Positions 48,428 through 59,345 of a stretch of 64,000 bases of DNA are shown piece after piece. Origin of the DNA: Macrostomum lignano (Eukaryota); contig NIVC01000300.1 in NCBI GenBank assembly GCA_002269645.1, positions 62,001 to 126,000 on the forward strand. Reading direction: 5' to 3'. The stretch's first letter is position 1. The number at the start of each line of letters is the position of its first letter. The position numbers and the translations under genes were made by a program. The notes below the pieces were generated by a model. It was not told the DNA's origin, did not search any database, and saw only the letters and a list, made by a program, of their open reading frames with translations.

Positions 48428-49968
48428 CATCCCGAGAAATTCAACAGCCGGTTTGGCGAACTTGCACTTGACCTTGTTCAGCGTGATGCCGAATTCGCGG
48501 AGGCGGTGAAGGCAGGCGTCCAGTCTGTCGTGGTGCTGCTTGGCATCCGCGGCGTAGACGATGACGTCGTCGTGGACCCACCTGACACCGTCGATGCCGC
48601 TGAGGATGCCCAGCATGACCCGCTGAAGGATCTCCGAAGCGTTGGTGAAGCCCATACTCAGCCTCTTGAGTCGCATCAGTCGAGCGGCGTGCTAAACGTG
48701 AAGAGATGGCGGCTGTCCTCGTGCACCGGAATCTGGTAGAAGGCTTTCCGGATGTCCAGCTCACTGAACAGCTTGGCTCCGGACATCTCCTCGGTGACCT
48801 CGTCCAGGGTCGGAATCTGCTGCTTTTCGGGGACCACAAAGGCGTTCAGGTCGCGAAGGTCTTGGCAGATCCTAACGCCGCCATCGGTCTTGGGCACCAC
48901 GACCATGCGTGCCACCCAGGTGCTGGGACCCTTGACTGACTCGATGATGTCCTGCCGCTCCAGTGCCTTCAGCTCATCCACCACGGCTGCTCTCAGGTGC
49001 GCCGCCACCCGGGATGGCGCGTGGCAGACTGGCACGGCGTTGTCTGACAGCTGCACTCTGACCTGTACACCTTTGATGCATCCGATGCCTTCGAAGACTG
49101 TTTTGTGCCGGTGTAGAATGTCCTGAAGCTGTGGCGACGGACGCGCCGAGTCGCTGTTCGAATTCACGGCTTCCGTCGCATTGAACTCCGGGCGCTGAAT
49201 TTTGAGAACTCCGAGCCTGAATGTGGGATCGCGACCGAGTATTGTGAGACCATCGCCATCCATGATGTGGAAGGGCACGACGGTGCTGACTGCTCCGACG
49301 CGAACTTCCAGGTCGGCGATTCCGAAGATGTTGAGTGGTGCAGAGCAGCCATAGGCTCTGACTTCTGATTCTGGAGTTCGCAGGTGAGGCCGATTGAGCG
49401 TCTTGAAAGTGCGGCTGCTCATAATGCTGCAGCTGGCACCGCTGTCGATCATCATCGAGAGCTGCCGACTTCCCACTTGGACTTTCAGCGAGACCTCAGC
49501 CGGGTAGGTGCCGTTTCTGTGCAGGGTGAACACGTCTTCGCTGGCGACGGCGTCAGGGACCGTGCAGTCTGCGTTGGCGTGAATCTGCTGCCGGGCTCTG
49601 CTGCTGGCTGAGCACGGTTGACGGCACGCCTTGGCCAGGTGATTTGGCTTACCGCAGTTATTGCAGATCCTGCCTTTGGCTGCGTCGCAGGTGGCGTGGC
49701 CACGCTCGCCGCATCGGTAGCAGATGTTCATCTGGCTCGGCTTTGATCTCGGTTCGCTGGCGGGTCCGCGTCTGTCTGTCGCTGTTTTGCTGCTCCTGGC
49801 CAGGTTAGCTACCTGGGCGTCGGTGGTCTTCTCCATCTCAGCAGCCTGCTCTTCCGCAGCCTCGAATGCTCTGGCCTTCCGCAGGGCATCCTCCAGCGTG
49901 ATGTCTGCTTCTTGGAGCAGCCGTCTGCGCAGTTTGTCGGAGGTGCATGTCGCGACGAGCTGGTCCCG

Positions 49969-50028
49969 GATGGAATGGAAATCCAATGGGGTTTCCCCGC
50001 GCAGGTTCGTATCCTGCTTGCGACGCCA
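49969..50028 (+). other. ~60-nt copy of tRNA-Ser 3' two-thirds including CCA, as an extended primer-binding site
   Basis: GATGGA-ATGGAAA-TCCAA, long variable arm TGGGGTTTCCCCGC, T-arm GCAGG-TTCGTAT-CCTGC, TTGCGAC-G-CCA; 1 nt from the LTR. Confidence 0.85.
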
Positions 50029-50284
50029 CTGTAGTGAGTGAAACGAGGCTAGACTGCTTGTTGTAGTCGATAGTTGCCGAAAGCTTGAAGGCGAGAATAA
50101 TAGCGATTAGTATATTTATTGAATTATTGAGCTGAGTCAGAATGGTGGCTAAAGTCGCACCATGCACATTTGATGTTGTACGCATAGCGACTTACATGCG
50201 TGTGTTGCCAATAGAAACGGCCGGGTGGATCCCTAGGTTGCGCCCAAGCATGAGCCTCTCCCTCCGTTTGCTCTACAGTCACAC

Positions 50285-50632
50285 CATGGTGTCCGTTCTA
50301 ACAGCAAACAGCACAGCTCCTCCTTCGAAACCTCCTTGAAAGGAGTGCTTCACTCCCACATACTATAAATTAAGGAATGCTCTACCTGCAGCATTAGCTA
50401 ATCATGGCATCAAGTCATCTATTTTCAAATGTCAAGTTCTCAAAGACCACATTGATCAATATTTTGACTTTTATTTTCTTTGTCTTGCTCTCCTTCCATC
50501 GTCTAACTTTGTATTCTTTCACTACTTTTCACTATAACCCTTCGTAGCCATGGGGCACGATTGATTTTATTGGTCTTTGACCACTCCGAAGTGAGTTTGA
50601 TGTGATAATAATAATAATATTAATAATAATAA
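50285..50632 (+). mobile_element. Probable 3' end of a CR1/L2-type LINE
   Basis: FTPTYYKLRNALP...IFK resembles the F.P....WN.LP RT tail; followed by (TAA)n. Confidence 0.4.
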
Positions 50633-51127
50633 TAGGAGGTGACCCTTGAGACTGACTGCTCGGAGAGCACTCGTGGCTCACGAGAAGGACATTGTGATGG
50701 CCGGATTCCCTCTCCTACTAGATTCAGCAAGGCATTCTGGAATCCTGTCTACGAAAAACATACAAATTCGCAAGAGGGTTGGGGGGACACTGACGAAACA
50801 TCTTCAGCGATACCGTGCCGCAACCATAGTGAGGCAATTCTGCCCATCCCACTGACCTCTGAGCACATACAAGCGCATCAATTCTGACACAGGCTGTACA
50901 GCGGCCCTGACTTGACTTTCTAATCGTCAGGCATGTGCACTCTCTGTGCCATGTTGGGTTGACCCTCACGGGTGGTGAATCGCACGACAACCCATCGAGC
51001 TACAGGCCCCAAATGAATCAAACTGGGATTTGTTGCGCGAGATTCAGACACATTTAGTGAATTTATTCTGCGCTGCACGTATTGAGGAGGCCCATTACGC
51101 AGGCCATGTATTCTGTTCCTGCTGCAG

Positions 51128-51508
51128 ATCGCACCAAGCTGCAGCTGCACAAGCGGGGGGCATCGACGGCAACAAAAACCCGGACAGGTTTGCTGGGTCA
51201 TGCTCGCACACTCTAATAAACTACGAAAACGAGTGGTGGGAGGCCGCTCTTGCAGCACCATCGTTCGTGTCGTTCATTACCATCTACAACAGGCAGGACT
51301 GCTGCGCCGAGAGGCTCAACTTATTCGACATCCTGGTGGACGGGTCCGTGTGCAACCAAGTGAGATTCAGCGTGCCGTTCACCGTGGCCAACTTCACCTG
51401 CAACGCCATCGGCTCGGCTCGCGCGTCAGAATTTTCCAACGCATTACTGGCGGCGATCGATATCTTACGATTTGCGAATTCGAGGCGTTCGGTTTTCATG
51501 CCATGTGA
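51128..51508 (+). pseudogene. F-type lectin (fucolectin) domain exon, frameshifted
   Basis: IDGN...SCSHT...WW...IYNRQDCCAERL in one frame and GSRVRI...LTICEFEAFG in another; a GGCTC duplication sits at the shift (~51412-51421). Confidence 0.85.
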
Positions 51509-52470
51509 TGCTTGCTGATGCCATGTGATGCTGCTGATGCCATGTGATGCTTGCTGATGCCATGTGATGCTTGCTGATGCTATGTGATGCTGCTGATTCC
51601 ATGTGATGCTTGCTGATGCCATGTGATGCTGCTGATGCCATGTGATGCCGATGATGCCATGTGATGCTTGCTGATGCCACCATGTGATGCCGCCGATGCC
51701 ATGTGATGCTTGCTGATGCTATGTGATGCCGCTGATGCCATGTGATGCTTGCTGATGCCATGTGATGCTGCTGATGCCATGTGATGCTGCTGATGCCATG
51801 TGATGCTTGCTGATGCCATGTGATCCTGCTGATGCCATGTGATGCCTGCTGATGCCATGTGATGCTTGCTGATGCTATGTGATGCTTTCTGATGCCATCA
51901 TGTGATGCCGCTGATGCCATGTGATGCCGATGATGCCATGTGATGCTTGCTGATGCCACCCCATGTGATGCTTGCTGATGCTATGTGATGCCGCTGATGC
52001 CATGTGATGCTTGCTGATGCCATGTGATGCTGCTGATGCCATGTGATGCTGCTGATGCCATGTGATGCCTGCTGATGCCATGTGATGCTTGCTGATGCTA
52101 TGTGATGCTGCTGATGCCATCATGTGATGCCGCTGATGCCATGTGATGCTTGCTGATGCCATGTGATGCTGCTGATGCCATGTGATGCTGCTGATGCCAT
52201 CATGTGATGCCGCTGATGCCATGTGATGCTTGCTGATGCCATGTGATGCTGCTGATGCCATGTGATGCTGCTGATGCCATGTGATGCCTGCTGATGCCAT
52301 GTGATGCTTGCTGATGCTATGTGATGCTTTCTGATGCCATCATGTGATGTCGCTGATGCCATGTGATGCTTGCTGATGCCATGTGATGCCGCTGATGCCA
52401 TGTGATGCCGCTGATGCCATGTGATGCTTGCTGATGCCATGTGATGCTGCTGATGCCATGTGATGCTTGC
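51499..52470. repeat. 19/20-bp satellite (GCCATGTGATGCT(T)GCTGAT)
   Basis: Starts at the lectin stop codon. Confidence 0.95.
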
Positions 52471-55400
52471 TGAAACAGTACTTGAAGCGTAGGTAGTGCT
52501 GCCACCAGCTTCGTAGAGTCGCAGCCTTTGGTGAGGTGCTGATCTCGTAGAAGCAAATAACTAAGACGAGAGAAAGTCAAGCACTTTGTGCAGGTTTAGC
52601 AGTTCTCGAGCAGAGGCGTCCACAGTCAGCAGTCCCTGCCGGGCTAGTGCGGGGTTAGAGCGATGGTGCTAGCTTCGGGCGATCTAAGCTGGCCTGCTAA
52701 TAGATAGCAGGAGCGATTCGAGGCAGGCACGCGCAAAGTCGGGAGACTTGGAAGTTCAAACTTAGGCGCAAACTTGGCACACAAACTTAGAGACTGACTG
52801 AGAGAGAAATCTCGGAGGAAGGGCTGAGGAACGGGCTCGGAAAGCGGGCACGCAGGCGGAAAACGGGCTTGTCTGAACCAAGCCATGAGAGGGGCCTGCA
52901 TTTATAGGGAGAATCGATTACACATAGCAAGAAAGACCCGCTGAGAGTCAGGAGTGACTCTGTTGCTATTTTTAGCAACAAGCGAGCGGGTTCTGCCTCA
53001 GAGGAAGCAGGGGTCCTAGCGCACGTGATGTCCCAAACGCGAGCCCATGATGAAACCATTGCACTTTGGACTAAAGAAGGAAGAAGGCCCTGTCATGTGA
53101 CTGGCTCACATGACAGGCTCACATGTCATGTGACAGGGGGAAAAGGCCCACAAGTGAAGGCACTCGTGACCTGGGACCGGAAAACAGAATGGCACTCCAA
53201 ATCTGGAGCAAGGACCACTAGGAACACTAGAGACGAAACAGAGGCAGGAGACAGAGACAGAGACAGATGCCCGCAGCAAACTGGGCATTGGTAGGATCGG
53301 GGCTCAACTTTGCGAAAAGTGAGCGGCACTCTGAACTTCTATTGAAGAGGCACTGTCAGGGGAAAGCAATCGTTTGAGCACGCTAAGACTTGAGCAATTG
53401 AATTTCGTATTCTACATGTATACTGGTAAACGCTGCCTACTGGGCAGGCAACTCCGACATTACAGTTTAATTTACTTTACATTTTTCTGAATGAAAATGA
53501 AGAATTTTAATGATGTATTTTCAATCAGGACCGAATGAGCCTTAGGGTAACGAAAAAGTCCTCTTTCACGAAATCCTTCAACACACTTTCGGCTTTTCCA
53601 CCGCTTGTAACAAATTGCTGCATGTTCTTCGGCCTTTGGGAGCGCTGCTCTTTGTCTTCCAATACATACACAGCTTCCACCCCCCCCCCCCCGGAACCTC
53701 ACAAATTAACCACTTGCGCACTGTTAAGATTTTTAAACTACATGTAGTTTCTCTGAAGAGCATCTTGATCGAACAGCTCTTCCTGAATGTCCATCGTAGA
53801 GCAATCCGACGTCGGCGACGGATTACAGCACTCCGATGCGTCATACATTAATATAAATCGATGGATAACGACGTCANNNNNNNNNNNNNNNNNNNNNNNN
53901 NNNNNNNNNNNNNNNNNNNNNNNNNNNNNNNNNNNNNNNNNNNNNNNNNNNNNNNNNNNNNNNNNNNNNNNNNNNNNNNNNNNNNNNNNNNNNNNNNNNN
54001 NNNNNNNNNNNNNNNNNNNNNNNNNNNNNNNNNNNNNNNNNNNNNNNNNNNNNNNNNNNNNNNNNNNTACCAGAGCCATACATAAGATGCTACCATAGCT
54101 ATACATAAGACGCTACCAGCCAGAACATTACTAAGAACGCTACCCAAAAATATATGAGATTCAAACAAACAGTTAGGATTTAAAAGGCAGAGCTATAAGC
54201 CCTATCAAGCCAGTACCAAGCAGTAGGATATTTGTAAGGACAGGACCAAGAAGCCTATCACAATAGTAATATAGACACAACTGCCATGTCTTTAAGTGTG
54301 GGTATTTTTTATCAAATGGTCAATTTACCCAAATAAAAATGAGACTAGAGTAGGCCTATAGACATTAGACTTAGACATAGTCATAAACTATAGTCTATAG
54401 TAGTATAGAATAGGTAGGCCTAGCCACTTAGGCCTATGTTGAAGAAAATCTCAACAGAGTAAGCCCTAAATATTTCAATATTTAGTTAATTAGATCCATT
54501 TGATTTGAATAATAATTAGGAAATTATGCTAATAAACACCAAGCATGTAGGTGCTTTTTGAAATTTAAAAGCACAATGTGCTTTTGCCTTTTGCTTTTCA
54601 TATCATAGAAATTATTATGACATGACAATTGACATGTTATATTTATAATACACTAATAGAGAGCAATGATCTGAATCTAACCTAGGTCTATCTATAATAT
54701 ATTTAGATCATCTAGGCTAAGTCACCAACTTCAGTAAGGTAATGTGGTCCACAAATCTGCATTCAAAAAAATGGTACTTTAAAAAGCTAAAGTCACAGGT
54801 CGCAAAGTCTTTGAAATCCACTTAGAAGATTTAAATGTCAAAGTCCGTCGTCGTCTTAGTTTTCGAAGTTAATTTTTTTACATATAAAAACAAATCACTT
54901 TTTAGTTTACTTCCTGTTAAACTAACAAAATATTTAAAAAATAAAATTCGTATCTGAATTACAATATCGAATGCCTGAGTTAGCTTTGTTCATTTGTTTT
55001 AACGGGCTACCATGGTAGTACACACTTGGGCGACAAGACTCGCGCCCACACTCGTGGCGTAGGTTTTTCACCAAATGTCCACTATCGAGGTCGTTAGTCG
55101 CCGATATGGCAAATTACTAGTACTGTCGCCAAAAAGTAATTTGTCCCTATAAATTTTTTGTGTCTTAGACGAAGTGTCCGGCGTCGAAATGTTTTGTCGC
55201 CAAGTGACTGGCACAAAGAAGTTTTGGCTAAAAAAAGGCTCATTGAGAGACCGCAATCCGAGGTCTCGGGTCGACGTTCCGGCGACCTCCATCGACGTCG
55301 ATGACGGCCGATGTTCCCGACCTCCATCGACGTCGATGATGGCCGACGTTCCCGATCTCAATCGACGTCGAAAACAATACATGCAGATATATGCAATTTA

Positions 55401-56832
55401 TTGCACGAAACTTCATCCGACGTATGACGTCGTTATCCATCGATTTATATTAATGTATGACGCATCGGAGTGCTGTAATCCGTCGCCGACGTCGGATTGC
55501 TCTACGATGGACATTCAGGAAGAGCTGTTCGATCAAGATGCTCTTCAGAGAAACTACATGTAGTTTAAAAAATCTTAACAGTGCGCAAGTGGTTAATTTG
55601 TGAGGTTTCGGGGGGGGGGGGGTGGAAGCTGTGTATGTATTGGAAGACAAAGAGCAGCGCTCCCAAAGGCCGAAGAACATGCAGCAATTTGTTACAAGCG
55701 GTGGAAAAGCCGAAAGTGTGTTGAAGGATTTCGTGAAAGAGGACTTTTTCGTTACCCTAAGGCTCATTCGGTCCTGATTGAAAATACATCATTAAAATTC
55801 TTCATTTTCATTCAGAAAAATGTAAAGTAAATTAAACTGTAATGTCGGAGTTGCCTGCCCAGTAGGCAGCGTTTACCAGTATACATGTAGAATACGAAAT
55901 TCAATTGCTCAAGTCTTAGCGTGCTCAAACGATTGCTTTCCCCTGACAGTGCCTCTTCAATAGAAGTTCAGAGTGCCCGCTCACTTTTCGCAAAGTTGAG
56001 CCCCGATCCTACCAATGCCCAGTTTGCTGCGGGCATCTGTCTCTGTCTCTGTCTCCTGCCTCTGTTTCGTCTCTAGTGTTCCTAGTGGTCCTTGCTCCAG
56101 ATTTGGAGTGCCATTCTGTTTTCCGGTCCCAGGTCACGAGTGCCTTCACTTGTGGGCCTTTTCCCCCTGTCACATGACATGTGAGCCTGTCATGTGAGCC
56201 AGTCACATGACAGGGCCTTCTTCCTTCTTTAGTCCAAAGTGCAATGGTTTCATCATGGGCTCGCGTTTGGGGACATCACGTGCGCTAGGACCCCTGCTTC
56301 CTCTGAGGCAGAACCCGCTCGCTTGTTGCTAAAAATAGCAACAGAGTCACTCCTGACTCTCAGCGGGGGTCTTTCTTGCTATGTGTAATCGATTCTCCCT
56401 ATAAATGCAGCCCCTCTCATGGCTTGGTTCAGACAAGCCCGTTTTCCGCCTGCGTGCCCGCTTTCCGAGCCCGTTCCTCAGCCCTTCCTCCGAGATTTCT
56501 CTCTCAGTCAGTCTCTAAGTTTGTGTGCCAAGTTTGCGCCTAAGTTTGAACTTCCAAGTCTCCCGACTTTGCGCGTGCCTGCTCGAATCGCTCCTGCTAT
56601 CTATTAGCAGGCCAGCTTAGATCGCCCGAAGCTAGCACCATCGCTCTAACCCGCACTAGCCCGGCAGGGACTGCTGACTGTGGACGCCTCTGCTCGAGAA
56701 CTGCTAAACCTGCACAAAGTGCTTGACTTTCTCTCGTCTTAGTTATTTGCTTCTACGAGATCAGCACCTCACCAAAGGCTGCGACTCTACGAAGCTGGTG
56801 GCAGCACTACCTACGCTTCAAGTACTGTTTCA

Positions 56833-58111
56833 GCAAGCATCACATGGCATCAGCAGCATCACATGGCATCAGCAAGCATCACATGGCATCAGCGGCATCA
56901 CATGGCATCAGCGGCATCACATGGCATCAGCAAGCATCACATGGCATCAGCGACATCACATGATGGCATCAGAAAGCATCACATAGCATCAGCAAGCATC
57001 ACATGGCATCAGCAGGCATCACATGGCATCAGCAGCATCACATGGCATCAGCAGCATCACATGGCATCAGCAAGCATCACATGGCATCAGCGGCATCACA
57101 TGATGGCATCAGCAGCATCACATGGCATCAGCAGCATCACATGGCATCAGCAAGCATCACATGGCATCAGCGGCATCACATGATGGCATCAGCAGCATCA
57201 CATAGCATCAGCAAGCATCACATGGCATCAGCAGGCATCACATGGCATCAGCAGCATCACATGGCATCAGCAGCATCACATGGCATCAGCAAGCATCACA
57301 TGGCATCAGCGGCATCACATAGCATCAGCAAGCATCACATGGGTGGCATCAGCAAGCATCACATGGCATCATCGGCATCACATGGCATCAGCGGCATCAC
57401 ATGGCATCAGCGGCATCACATGATGGCATCAGAAAGCATCACATAGCATCAGCAAGCATCACATGGCATCAGCAGGCATCACATGGCATCAGCAGGATCA
57501 CATGGCATCAGCAAGCATCACATGGCATCAGCAGCATCACATGGCATCAGCAGCATCACATGGCATCAGCAAGCATCACATGGCATCAGCGGCATCACAT
57601 AGCATCAGCAAGCATCACATGGCATCGGCGGCATCACATGGTGGCATCAGCAAGCATCACATGGCATCATCGGCATCACATGGCATCAGCAAGCATCACA
57701 TGGCATCAGCGGCATCACATGATGGCATCAGAAAGCATCACATAGCATCAGCAAGCATCACATGGCATCAGCAGGCATCACATGGCATCAGCAGGATCAC
57801 ATGGCATCAGCAAGCATCACATGGCATCAGCAGCATCACATGGCATCAGCAGCATCACATGGCATCAGCAAGCATCACATGGCATCAGCGGCATCACATA
57901 GCATCAGCAAGCATCACATGGCATCGGCGGCATCACATGGTGGCATCAGCAAGCATCACATGGCATCATCGGCATCACATGGCATCAGCAGCATCACATG
58001 GCATCAGCAAGCATCACATGGAATCAGCAGCATCACATAGCATCACATGGCATCAGCAAGCATCACATGGCATCAGCAGCATCACATGGCATCAGCAAGC
58101 ATCACATGGCA
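56833..58111. repeat. Mirror copy of the 19/20-bp satellite, ~300 bp longer
   Basis: ATCAGCA(A)GCATCACATGGC units. Confidence 0.95.
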
Positions 58112-58483
58112 TGAAAACCGAACGCCTCGAATTCGCAAATCGTAAGATATCGATCGCCGCCAGTAATGCGTTGGAAAATTCTGACGCGCGAGCCGAGCCG
58201 ATGGCGTTGCAGGTGAAGTTGGCCACGGTGAACGGCACGCTGAATCTCACTTGGTTGCACACGGACCCGTCCACCAGGATGTCGAATAAGTTGAGCCTCT
58301 CGGCGCAGCAGTCCTGCCTGTTGTAGATGGTAATGAACGACACGAACGATGGTGCTGCAAGAGCGGCCTCCCACCACTCGTTTTCGTAGTTTATTAGAGT
58401 GTGCGAGCATGACCCAGCAAACCTGTCCGGGTTTTTGTTGCCGTCGATGCCCCCCCGCTTGTGCAGCTGCAGCTTGGTGCGAT
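58102..58483 (-). pseudogene. Mirror copy of the F-type lectin exon
   Basis: Same motifs and same GGCTC duplication; G7 run versus G6 in the left copy. Confidence 0.85.
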
Positions 58484-59345
58484 CTGCAGCAGGAACAGAA
58501 TACATGGCCTGCGTAATGGGCCTCCTCAATACGTGCAGCGCAGTACTAAATGTGTCTGAATCTCGCGCAACAAATCCCAGTTTGATTCATTTGGGGCCTG
58601 TAGCTCGATGGGTTGTCGTGCGATTCACCACCCGTGAGGGTCAACCCAACATGGCACAGAGAGTGCACATGCCTGACGATTAGAAAGTCAAGTCAGGGCC
58701 GCTGTACAGCCTGTGTGAGCGAGTGTGTGCCTGTGTACAGTCTTTGTGCGCTTGTATGTGCTCAGAAGTCAGCGGGAGGGCAGAATTGCCTCACTATGGT
58801 TGCGGCACGGTATCGCTGAAGATGTTTCGTCAGTGTCCCCCCAACCCTCTTGCGAATGTGTATGTTTTTCGTAGACAGGATTCCAGAATGCCTTGCTGAA
58901 TCTAGTAGGAGAGGGAATCCGGCCATCACAATGTCCTTCTCGTGAGCCACGAGTGCTCTCCGAGCAGTCAGTCTCAAGGGTCATCTCCTATTATTATTAT
59001 TAATATTATTATTATTATCATATCAAACTCACTACGGAGTGGTCAAAGACCAATAACACCAATCGTGCCCCATGGCTACGAAGGGTTATAGTGAAAAGTA
59101 GTGAAAGAATACAAAGTTAGACGATGGAAGGAGAGCAAGACAAAGAAAATAAAAGTCAAAATATTGATCAATGTGGTCTTTGAGAACTTGACATTTGAAA
59201 ATAGATGACTTGATGCCATGATTAGCTAATGCTGCAGGTAGAGCATTCCTTAATTTATAGTATGTGGGAGTGAAGCACTCCTTTCAAGGAGGTTTCGAAG
59301 GAGGAGCTGTGCTGTTTGCTGTTAGAACGGACACCATGGTGTGAC

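Larger units (their letters stand above)
43776..50277 (-). mobile_element. Defective Ty3/gypsy (Mag-like) LTR retrotransposon
   Basis: LTRs 50030-50277 and 43776-44008; PPT at ~44009-44020. Partial gag with 2 CCHC, protease IDSGAS, RT (KAFYQI, VHDD), deleted RNase H, integrase HHCC/DDE (44120-45360). Confidence 0.9.

Noticed and set aside
49969-50028. Functional tRNA-Ser gene
   Set aside because: Lacks the 5' acceptor strand and D-arm, encodes CCA and sits at a retroelement PBS.
56863-58326. His/Gln-rich ORFs (also 51465-52580)
   Set aside because: Satellite translations, with no evidence for a His-rich protein.
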